A stretch of 64,000 nt of DNA from Halocafeteria seosinensis (taxonomy: Eukaryota): NCBI GenBank assembly GCA_001687465.1, contig LVLI01000603.1:1-64000 (forward strand). Reading direction: 5' to 3'. Below the pieces are notes generated by a model, which saw nothing but the letters and a program-made list of their open reading frames with translations, was not told the DNA's origin and did no database searches. A program made the position numbers and the translations under genes. Every line of letters begins with the position of its first letter. Within the stretch, counting starts at the first letter, position 1. Shown here piece by piece: positions 49,761 to 60,029 of the stretch.

Positions 49761-50654
49761 AGTGTCCCCGTTCAGTAGAATGTTTTACTCGCAAGGAGGG
49801 GCTATACTCATATCATGTGCTGCCTTCGCTAACATATAGGATCTAGATTTCGGTCATAGATTCGTACAGTTTGGTGCAATTCTACTGCCACAGAAATGAA
49901 AGTAGCGTCACTGAAGTCCTCAACCATGACAGTGAAAACTCCCATGGACTTCCATGGTCGCGTTGGAATTGTTTAGACGTATCATACCGTATTGCCAGAG
50001 CGGATCTCGATGGGCCATAGTGCCTTTACGTTTCTCAAGCGTCCGATGACTATGGTGCTGCTGCGCATTTTCGGTCGAGACTCTCATTTATTACCTTCGG
50101 ATCCGTGTGACCGTGTCATTTGAATTCCACCTCGGATGGTATCATCCTGTGCTGTTGAGCACTCCTGTGTTAACGTTTGGAGGCCGGCCGATACTCCTCT
50201 GTTTATACAACTCTTGATCCTCGCTACCGTCCTTGACACCTATTTTATTTTTACCGTCATGTATTTAAGTGCTAAGTTGTTCTTGGGAAAAATAAAACAC
50301 ACACACTTGTCATTGAAGTACGTCTTGCTTTTTTGTTGAAGTGACACGTGCCCAAGTGGTTACTGTGGGCCGTTTTGCAGTAACTGCTGTCCCGGTGTAG
50401 CCAGTGTGACGGAGGGAAGGGGAGTTATTTCATTCTTTGGAGCTATTTGGAGTTGATGAAGTGTCCATATTCTCTAGAAGAGGGGTAAACAGTAACACAG
50501 AGACGCAGATTTTGGTTGCGTACTGCAAAGAAGCTCCCTTTCCCGTTGCAAAGGGAAGCTGTGTGACAAGAAGAACCGCAGAAGGACCTTTCTTTCCCTT
50601 TCCCCCCATTTCATTGTGCTCATGTCTATACAGCATCCAGAAAAAAGAAGGACG

Positions 50655-53600
50655 ATGGCTCATCGTTTGGTGCTTGGCTTACTGTTGAGTCTAGTGGTTG
50701 CTCCCTTCAGAGCACATGCGCTTACGCGGACACAGCTTGGTTGCTGTTTCCTGGAAGCTGGTGTTCTCAAAGACTGTGAAAATTGTGGAGTAGGCAATGA
50801 AATTGTGTAAGCAACGTTACGACAACAATGACCCCGAGACCAAGATGACTGTTTGCGATTGTTCTTGATGTACTTTGGCATCCCACAGAGACTTTAGTGG
50901 GGAGGGAATTTCCGACATAGAAGATGGTGCTTTCGACAACACAACCAATACTGCGATGAGAGACTTGTAAGTACCGCATCCTTTGAGTCCTTTCTGGATA
51001 TTAAACTCAATGGATTTAACGTGGGAGTCTCAGGTTATTGTCGGGCAACGAAATTAGCACTTTGAGGAAAGAGATGTTCCGTGGTTTGGGGCAGCTTAAA
51101 TTTCTGTAAGTGTATATCCTCAGACACTAGCTTGGACTGCTGGCTGTTTAGAGTAAAGTGTGCACTGCTACAGGGAAATCAAGTCCAACGGACTGACTGA
51201 GATACAGGATGATGCTTTGGATCACTTGACCACCCTGGAAGTGTTTGACGTTGTAGACAATGACCTCACAGAACTCCCCCCACGTTTGTTGCGTGACAAT
51301 CCCAGCATAGAGGACTTGTACGTATCCGAAACTAATGTCTGTCTGGTGGTGTCTCAAATTTGAAAACCAAACTGCTACTACTATTACAGTCGTGCTACGA
51401 TTCCTACGAATAACAAGCTGACTCTTCTAGACCCCTTCTTTTTGGAAGGGGTAGGCAGCAGCAGTTATATACTGTAGGTTATCAGTGTTGCTTAAGGAAA
51501 TACCTAATCCAGAACACTAAACCTAACGGTCTTGCATTGCGTACGCAGGAGGTTGGATGAGAACGAGATTGATTTCTTTTGGATCGACTTTTGGAAAGTA
51601 TCCAATGGCTTTGCATCCGTGTAAGTAATGAGGTACATACTCTTGGTATCGGTTGTACCTTCGTTTATTGTACTAGCTGTAATTTGTTGCTACCACAGTG
51701 ATGTATCGGGCAACGTTGGGAAAACCCAGGGAAACTGTCCTGGTCCTCCTAATGAGAGGACCGATCCTCCCGGATTCCAAGAGGTCAGATTCACCGAGAG
51801 GTCTACGCCTCAAAATTTCCAAGAAGGTGTTTTTGGCATAGACATATTTTTTTGCTATGCTGATTTTCGAGATTCTACTCCAACGCCCAGCCGGACTCCC
51901 ACGTCGTCCCGAACTCCAACCCCGTCGATTAGCGAGTCGAATACTCCTACACCTTCTTCCACGGGTACTCGGACGCCCACACACACGCCAACCCCGACAA
52001 TGACTTCAACTCAGACCCCAACAGGCACATCCACACGCACGCCCTCGAACTCTGCCACACCAACAGCAACTGCCACTAGCAGTCCTAGTTCTTCTCCAGA
52101 CTTAGTAATCGGTTGCTGTCGCGCGTTCAACTTCGTTCTTGTACGATGTGACTGCCCCGATGAAGAAGTTTTGTAAGTACCGCCAACCACATATTCGTTG
52201 ACGCTGGAAGTGTTTTACTGAAGCTCCGAAGCTTGTATATTGTTGTCGACCAGGGACCTATCCTGTAACAATCTACGTGGGATAGCCTCCGGGACGTTTG
52301 ACAGCCCTTGGGATAATGGAAATATAGACACCTTGTAAGAAGTGACATGAACTCTGTCAAGTTTTATGCGCATGTCCTAATGTCTTCTCCAGAATTTTGA
52401 ACGACAATGTAATCGATCACATCGAAGGCGGAGCGTTCGTTGGTCTGAGTTCACTGAGGACACTGTAGGTGAATTTAGAAATATCGCATCACATTCAGAT
52501 ACTAGTGGAAGTGTACTCTAGCATTTCACAGGTCACTGACAAAAAACAGACTAACTTCATTGGACGGCGACGATTTTCAAGGGCTAGTTAATGTGACGAA
52601 TATGTAAGCTCGAAAGGACTAGGGTGCTGTATTTTGGTAGCCAACTAGGTTAGTGTGCTCGATTTTATGCAGATTTCTCAATGAAAATGAGATCAGCGAA
52701 ATTGCGGAATCCACATTCAGCGAAGTTCCTTTGCTGGAAGTCATGTACGTTTCTATAAACGCAGACGCTTTTCATCGGTTCTCGTAACATCCTTTAGCAT
52801 CCCTCAGATTGTTGCATGACAACGAACTTGTTTCGCTGTACGGCGACACGTTCCGAGAAAATGCTGCGCTGCAGGTTTTGTAAGCCACTTATGGAAATCC
52901 CTCTGTGGCTTGAGTATTGGTCGACGTTTTCCATACATCGTTCTACAGAGATTTGGACCGTAACAAACTTGTCGCTCTTCCTGACAATCTGTTTGAAGTA
53001 GATTCTTGTCTGACGTACTTGTAAGTTCCTTTGAGTCTGAACGCTTTCAAACACTTTGTTGATTGTGACTATTTATGACAGAAATCTGGGGGAACCTGAC
53101 TGCCCCAAAGGGAACAACCCCGGACTCTCTGGCTGTCCATGTCCTCAATCAGCCCCAAGCACGCTTCAGTCGGATCTGCTTTACACTTCATACGAGTTTG
53201 GACAAGTGGATACACCGCAGTTCTGCTTTGCCCCTCCAATGTGCTGCTCTCTAGTTGATGGGACACTCTCGAATTGTCGTTGCAATGTAACTCGACTGTA
53301 AGTTCACGCCGCTATCTGAACAACTGAATGTGATCAGCAAATACCGAACTAATACAGCAATCTCTCGCGAAAAAATATATCAAGCTTGGAGTGTCCGTTC
53401 GCGTACCCAGAGAATGTTGCGCTACAGGAAATGTAAGTCTCAGAGTATTGTTGGCTAGGACGTGTATTTCGCTGAGGTGACGATCTGTCCATCTATACAG
53501 ATACTTGCACGATAATGAACTAACCGAAATTCCTATAAGTGCTTTTGCGGGGGCCTCCAATGCCAAGACGCTGTCAGTGCTACCATGGTATCTTGTCCTT

Positions 53601-54398
53601 TGGGAATTAAAATTGATAGTAATAATCTGCAGGATGCTCGGAAACAACAAAATTGCGAATTTGGACCCCTTGGCGTTTATAGGTCTGGACTCCCTACGAA
53701 ATCTGTGCGTTTTGCATTGCCTAGATTGGTACCGTACCCGGTGTGTTGATATGTGTAGGGTCGAAGAAGTGCAGGTATCTACAATCTAATTCTCTCACCT
53801 CGCTTGGGGCATGCAAATTTGGGGGTCTTCCGCGTTTGGAAAAGCTGTAGGTGGAACGGAGTTTTGGGGCTTTTGAACGGCATCTATCTTGCCTCGTTTG
53901 CGTATGGTTATCTGCAGCGTATTGAAAGATAATAATTTGACTGATGGGTTGCATGCCTTTCAGCTGGAAGGAATCGGCCAAAACGTTGAGGCAATGTAAG
54001 AAGAACATTGTGAGAGTAAACTGCGGTACCCATGTCTCGAGATAGTTTTTCGCCCTTCTTTTGACTTTATACAGATATTTACAGCGAAACCATATTGAAT
54101 TCATCGAAGTCGGTGTGGCTGACCATTTGACCGAAAACTTTATGTTTGCGTAGGTGTTTTGTAATGTATCCAAGTAGTTTTCTTGTTTTTACACGAAGTT
54201 TTGAGGGATTGTCACAGAGCGTTAGAGAATAATGAAGGGTATAATACCTGCGCACCACCCAATCAAGGGAGTACCGCTGATATATTTTCGGCCACGCTTT
54301 CGTTTTGTTTCTCTGTGAATGAGCTTCCTGGAGAGACTGGAATATGCCAGGTTAGGGCACTATCTCCCAGTATGTCTCTGTGTTATGGACCGAACTAG
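50655..54398 (+). CDS. Secreted/surface LRR protein: signal peptide + 3 Cys-capped LRR modules; 21 exons (3' end uncertain)
   Basis: Exons: 50655-50806, 50889-50966, 51034-51105, 51174-51317, 51390-51473, 51549-51620, 51699-52172, 52254-52334, 52393-52464, 52532-52603, 52673-52744, 52808-52879, 52949-53020, 53082-53297, 53358-53432, 53501-53572, 53633-53704, 53775-53846, 53918-53995, 54075-54149, 54218-54398; open reading frame throughout. Confidence 0.86.
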
Positions 54399-54931
54399 GT
54401 ATGTTATAGCGGACCTGCCGTGGAGACCGAAGATCTGCTCACTGCTTATCACACAAAGCAACGTGGATTTCGAAGTCACATACATGTTTTCCTTGTCTCA
54501 TATTAAAGGAACATTCGGGAAAATTGTTAACCGGACCTTGCAAAGAACGAAGCTAAATGATAACAAAAATTGAGCCTAATCTAGGGAGACTAGGAGCAGT
54601 ACATGTACCATCAATAGCGACAGATGTTCCTATTAAATTATCAGTCAAGTCTAACTTGTTATTAGAATAATTAAACAAAGGTGAATCATTAAGTTCAAGC
54701 TCAACAGTAAGATCAGATTTTGAACAATGGCGAGGAGCGCTGAGACTAGGTTCATACGCGGCGCTTTATACTCGACCGCCGACCGCTTGGCTAAGGCCGA
54801 CAAAATTTGTTTTTACGCGGGGAAGTGGCAAGCGAACGGTGACGTGTAGTAACTGTGGGCAGGTGAAACTTAAGTTTAATTTATATTTCTAAACTTATAA
54901 CTCAAAATTCGCGGGCGTTACCTGTCTTGAT

Positions 54932-55260
54932 GGAAAACCCGCTCAACCATAAGGGTGTGACAAAAATCTGTTTTTATTGGCTTTTTTCTGACTCTAGTTT
55001 CTGCTGAATTTGTTTTTCGATTTTATTTTTGTTGTTACATTTGTGTGTGTGTTACATTATTTTCTCTTCTACGATTTCCTTTTAAGTTCTCCAATTCTTC
55101 GTTGCGTTACCAATGCGAGCAGTTGTCTTTACTCACCACGTACTGTTTAGACCCCTCGTCTGCACGCTCTTTCAATCCTCTTTACCGCCATAATGGTACT
55201 GATGTCCGACCTGTAGCAGCTGCGGCTGACCACTACCAGGTAACAAGAATAAAGTCTAAC
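54932..55260 (+). repeat. Left arm of long inverted repeat
   Basis: Reverse complement of 59525-59853; about 11 differences in the ~184 bp core by manual alignment. Confidence 0.93.
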
Positions 55261-55490
55261 CTGTTTCACCCTTCGGGTTCACCAAGGGATTGGGACAGGA
55301 TAGTGTTTATGCGATGTTTTTGTTTATGTTGTAAAATCCTACTAGCTAGGCCGGGAACGCCATAATTACCAAAGTAGAGCAAACACCATACCGCACAATT
55401 TTTACATCGTGTCTTCTCTTTCGTCCCCAGTTGCTTCGCACACCAATTCAGATATATGAGGAGTGGTGTTCAGTCACAAGGCGAATTGCT

Positions 55491-56890
55491 TCACGTTGGT
55501 TGGTGGGCGCTCCGCATTTCTATTCTTTTTCGTCTTAAACTTCTGCTCTCACTGAAGTCTTCGTAGATCTGCGCAGGGACAACGAAAATAATATGGACTT
55601 CGCAGTTGGTTGGAATCTCAGGAAATGCTGACTGGATTTTTTGAATCAGGCTTCTATACGAATGCATTTTAATGCCATGGAATTTGCTCACCGTTATCTG
55701 ATATATACGGATAACTGCTGCGTTCTTGGAGGGGCTAGGCCACATGTCAGTCACTGCCTCTCTTTTCGATTCGGGGACGAATAAAGACGCTGTTTCTGAC
55801 TGCTTCGCTTTCTCGGAGAGGTTGTGTCTGTGTAGTAAACTACCTGCATCTTGGGAATAGAGGCTTCTGATGTCTGCCTTACAGACGGTGGTACAATCCT
55901 ATTTTCATCTCCAGTTTTCTCTTCCAAGCACATTATGTGCGGTCTCTTTATTCCCATTTCAGAAAGTATGTCAAGGCAAGCTTCTTCATGCAAAAATCCC
56001 CACTGTGCTCTCTGTCATCACTCGATACTTTGAGTCGATTCACAGCCTGCTGTATCTTATACTCCCGTATAAACTTAATTGATAACTGTTGTCTGACATA
56101 GTTGGTAGCAAGCGAGACTCCTTTAAAAATAAACGTGTCTTCGTAGCGGTCATCACGTCTGTCACTATTGCTTGCCTCATCACTATCATTTCCCTCAGAT
56201 ACGTCGTCTCTATCGCTTTCGTTTGGCTCATCATCCATTCCGTTATCAGTAGTTCCTGCGATGTTGTCAATACCATCGTTTGCTTGCAATATGACTTCGC
56301 TACCCACGTCATTCGCCTGGCTATCGGCGGATGCATTCCAATTGCCAGATGTAGCTTCGCCCTCAGAAGCCGTACCGGTATCAGCAGTTGCTGCGTCGTT
56401 ATCAATACCTTCGTCTGCTTGCAATATGGCTTCGCTTCCCACGTCATTCGCTTTGCTATCGCCAGCTGCATTCCGATTGCCAGATGTAGCTTTGCCCGCA
56501 GAAGCGGCACCGGTAGTTTCCGAACTTCCAGTTTCAATTTCATCGGTTCCATCAAGAGACAACGTGCCAATAGAAGGCACAAAATGCAACAATCTTTGAG
56601 AAGCTTCAGGTTTTGTTTCAAATTTGCTCCCCGAATTAAAGTCCACAAGTACGTTCATCAAATCGCTGCCTCCTTTGATATTGGCCAGTGCACTCGCCAT
56701 ATACCCTTCCGTAATTATCACTCCTTCGCTCATCGGCTTTTGAAACACATAACGCGGAATGCCACCAAACATTGAAAACAAATTCAGCATAGCTCGACGA
56801 GTAACAGCAGGAAAGCAAAGCCTTCGACAACGAGACATCTCACGAACAGTCCACACAGGTATGGACATGTTATGCCCATGATCCTTTATG
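55491..56890 (-). pseudogene. 5'-truncated, frameshifted Crinkler-like NTPase/nuclease
   Basis: MSIPVWTVREM, FSMFGGIPRYVF, ASQRLLHFVP. Shifted frames give WGFLHEEACLDIL, IYQITVSKFHGIK, IIFVVPAQIYEDF. Walker A missing. Confidence 0.8.
56246..56515. repeat. 135 bp in-frame tandem duplication (45 aa x2)
   Basis: TGAASAGKATSGNRNAAGDSKANDVGSEAILQADEGIDN / TGTASEGEATSGNWNASADSQANDVGSEVILQANDGIDN. Confidence 0.92.
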
Positions 56891-56997
56891 TACTGGCTTT
56901 GAGACATACCCTTATTTGTATATGGGTACGTGATGGTCACGGAGAGCAATTCTATCACGCCTAACCGTGTTGAAATCCGGGCTTCACAGTCCCCCAA

Positions 56998-57100
56998 ACT
57001 GGTAGTGAGTGGACGCTACTGGTAGTGAGTGGACGGTCCGCCCTGGGGGAGATTTTCCCCCATTGGTAGTGTGTGGACGCTGCTGGTAGTGAGTGGACGC
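56998..57100. repeat. Two pairs of 20-bp-period direct repeats (TGGTAGTGAGTGGACG core x4)
   Basis: Core copies start at 57000, 57020, 57064 and 57084. Confidence 0.95.
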
Positions 57101-57522
57101 CGCAGATTTCCACCCCTCTTGCATGGCTCATAAAACGCGAAACTGCATATACATGGGTATGTGCTGACTCTGTGGAGTTCAGTGATTTTGTATATGTGAT
57201 TGGAGTTTTCATACGTGTATTGTGTGAGGAATCATAAAGTGGTGTAAGAGCGGGCTCCGGGAATGCCGGATCTTCAGGTTGTTCTGCGGTGCGAACGCTC
57301 AAATACAGGGGCTCAATCGACTGTCGACATCAATAGACACTTTGTGATCTTTAAACAAGCAGTGTTACACCCTTTGTGGTCCCACATCATACCAGTAGGG
57401 AATGACGTAACTGGTTCTCCGTGTGAACTACTGGGGTCGAGGGGAAGCGGGGGCTGTTCCGATTGTTTTGTATGATATCGACGGTTGTAGCTAGTCGGCA
57501 TTTGGTATACAAGGGAAATAAA

Positions 57523-59529
57523 ATGGAACGTTTGCTTGCTGGCGTTTATGGCCCAATTTGTGGGTCATGCTCTTCCGTGTTTTCTCCTAATAGTGATTCC
57601 TGTCGATCCCACCTAATTCAGTGCCACAAAGAGAGTGTATCACGGAACGCCTACCGTGGATGGTTGGACGCACAAACATTTGAGGAGGAGACTCCTCCCA
57701 ATCGACTGGCAAGGGTGGATTCGAACCTCCCAATTTTGAATGGGCGGGAGTGTTGCCTCTGTAACAAAGTGTTTGCTGGCCGGCAGGGGTGGAACTCTCA
57801 CAAGAGAGAACATGCTGTGGCCGCCAACCCCACTTACCGCTGTGTTAAAGCGCAAGCACATCCAGGGAACTGCTTACGAGCAGTGCGTGTAGCCTGTCAA
57901 GACGCCAGGGAGGGTCCGCGGTTTGGCCGCGTTCGGTTTCCGGATGCGTCTCTAAGCCCGGACAGGAGGATGCTGGAGCGTCGGTATGAAGGGCTGGTAA
58001 AGGACTCAGAGATATATAGAACCGAATTAGTTCGGTTCTATATGTCCTTGGGGCTGCATGCCGACGTTTCCAGAAGTAACGAGGAGTACTACGCGTACTT
58101 GCGTTCATTGTTTCAAGAGGTGCACTGCCCTTCGTTCAGAGAGGATTCTCAGCGGTGGTATGCATATAAGAATACAGTCACAAGGATCAGATTTCTCTGT
58201 ACAAAGGGGGAGGAATTGCTGGATTTTGTTAGTGATGCATTTCGTCGTGGTATAATGATGCATACGTATGGAGATGGCGCGAACACTCAACGTGATGGCG
58301 AGGAAGTGGATCATTTGCAGAGGATGTCTACCGTGGCAGAGAACACGAAGCATAAATACGTGGCGGAAGTCGCCCAATGTTTTGTATTTCTCTGTCCAGG
58401 ATTCTTTGAAAAGCATCCACAGTTTTCCCAGCAGGAGGTACCCATGCATGCAGACGAGCAGGAGGACACCCTGTTTCAAAGCGTGTGTCATACGATGCTA
58501 GAACACACGCTGTTCGGAGAAACGGGTAAACTTAGAAATGGACTGATACTAGCACAGCGTTCAAAAGTCTTGAGGTACTTCCAGGGGAGGGTACTTGACA
58601 AGAAGGATGGGGAGATCTTCTTCCGTCCTCCAGGGTGCGTCCAGCATCTAGCTGCGTCGTTGTTGTTTGTGCTACGTCATATTTGGATGCTTCACTCTGT
58701 TAATGGTGTGAAAGCGACGGAGACCGGGGCCGCTTTCGGGCAGAATAAGCTCATCGTTAAAGTAAAGTACCTTGCGTCAGCTGCTCGACAGATGGGACAA
58801 CGGATGAATTTGAACATTGACGGTTCTCCAGAAAGAACCGAAGACGGTGCTCTTCTGGGCTATCGGATAGGAGGCGACATAATTAGTCGACCATTATTGG
58901 GGCGACTTAGAAAAAAATTGTTAAATAAAGTTCGGGAAGAAATGAAGATGTTTTTCTTTGGTGAGGACGACGGGATGAACTCAGATGAACCGGAGGTTGT
59001 AGCCCTGAAACTGGTGATCGAGGGTAAAGGCGTGTGTGAAATTCGTGACGCACAGCTCCAGTGTGTCGGTGCCAGCGAAAAGAAGCCTCTCAACCTTCGC
59101 ATTTCCTCCGTACACATTGGTGGGAGCCGAACGGTTGGACTGCAGGAAATAGTAGACCATTTGACCACTTCACCTATAAGAGACGCTGTTTTAGAAGATT
59201 TTTTTCCGCTTATGATGAATATGTTCGCTTTGGTGTATGTTACCGCTGGACCTCCTGTAAGAGTCGAAGAACTCAGAAGGGTGGTTTTTGATGGCGACCA
59301 AGATAGATCGGTTCGGTCTCTTCCCAACGACCCTCGAATATTCCTAGCCATCTCATCGAAGAAGTCCCACCGCAGACTGCAAACAGTTAAATTTTTGGAT
59401 TGGGAAACTTCGCGTTTGTTTCTCCTCTTTTGCCTACTCGCAAAATGGGTGTATTTGGAGAAGTGGCAAGACACGGTGGACGATACTGTAGCACCCACAT
59501 CTGAAGCGTTGCACCGGTTCCGGGATTAG
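57523..59529 (+). CDS. Intronless protein with two C2H2 fingers and a tyrosine-recombinase-like motif; DUF3505/telomere-linked-helicase N-terminal-like, C-terminally truncated
   Basis: ICGSCSSVFSP...SHLIQCH; LPILNGRECCLCNKVF...WNSHKREH...YRCVKAQ; LVYVTAGPPVRVEEL; ISSKKS...TVKFLD...LFLLF. The stop codon lies inside the right repeat arm. Confidence 0.7.
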   Translation: MERLLAGVYGPICGSCSSVFSPNSDSCRSHLIQCHKESVSRNAYRGWLDAQTFEEETPPNRLARVDSNLPILNGRECCLCNKVFAGRQGWNSHKREHAVAANPTYRCVKAQAHPGNCLRAVRVACQDAREGPRFGRVRFPDASLSPDRRMLERRYEGLVKDSEIYRTELVRFYMSLGLHADVSRSNEEYYAYLRSLFQEVHCPSFREDSQRWYAYKNTVTRIRFLCTKGEELLDFVSDAFRRGIMMHTYGDGANTQRDGEEVDHLQRMSTVAENTKHKYVAEVAQCFVFLCPGFFEKHPQFSQQEVPMHADEQEDTLFQSVCHTMLEHTLFGETGKLRNGLILAQRSKVLRYFQGRVLDKKDGEIFFRPPGCVQHLAASLLFVLRHIWMLHSVNGVKATETGAAFGQNKLIVKVKYLASAARQMGQRMNLNIDGSPERTEDGALLGYRIGGDIISRPLLGRLRKKLLNKVREEMKMFFFGEDDGMNSDEPEVVALKLVIEGKGVCEIRDAQLQCVGASEKKPLNLRISSVHIGGSRTVGLQEIVDHLTTSPIRDAVLEDFFPLMMNMFALVYVTAGPPVRVEELRRVVFDGDQDRSVRSLPNDPRIFLAISSKKSHRRLQTVKFLDWETSRLFLLFCLLAKWVYLEKWQDTVDDTVAPTSEALHRFRD

Positions 59530-59853
59530 GGTTTATTCTTGTTTATTCTTGTTACTTGGTACCTGCCAGTAGTCAGCCGCAGCTGCTACAGGTCAGACCT
59601 CAGTACCGTTATGGCGGTAAAGAGGATTAAAGATGCGTGCATGCGAGGGGTCTAAACAGTACGTGGTGAGTAAAGACAACTGCTCGCATGGGTAACGCTA
59701 CGAAGAATTGGAGAACATAAAAGGAAATCGTAGAAGAGAAAATAATGTAACAACAAAAATAAACCCAGTAGAAGCCAGTGGAAACTAGAGTCAAAGAAAA
59801 GAAAAAGAAAAAACCAAATTTTTGACACACCCTTATGGTTGAGCAGGTTTTCC
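59525..59853 (-). repeat. Right arm of long inverted repeat
   Basis: Reverse complement of 54932-55260; ends ...CCTTATGGTTGAGCAGGTTTTCC. Confidence 0.93.
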
Positions 59854-60029
59854 TTCCTGAGGTGTCACCAGGCCTCAATTGGCATGGGATCAATACTAGA
59901 AATTAGCACTGTTGATCGGTCCCTAAAAGGGACGCACGGTGATCGTTGCTTGATTCTGTGCAAGCCGCTTCCGATTTGTTCTAAGGCGTTGAAGGACCTG
60001 CTCTTTTTGTGTGTCGGTGTAGGCACAAA

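Larger units (their letters stand above)
54932..59853. mobile_element. Candidate inverted-repeat-bounded (composite) mobile element, degraded
   Basis: ~330 bp inverted arms enclosing a CRN-like pseudogene, a 20 bp repeat array and a ZnF/tyrosine-recombinase-like ORF; no TSD found. Confidence 0.55.

Noticed and set aside
56998..57100. CRISPR array
   Set aside because: Spacers of 4 nt within pairs, eukaryotic context and no cas genes.
59526..59531. TTAGGG at the point where the recombinase-like ORF ends (telomere addition?)
   Set aside because: Single hexamer, part of the repeat arm; expected by chance.
54915..59870. Target-site duplication around the inverted-repeat unit
   Set aside because: Flanks CCTGTCTTGAT and TTCCTGAGGTG do not match; the true ends may lie further out.
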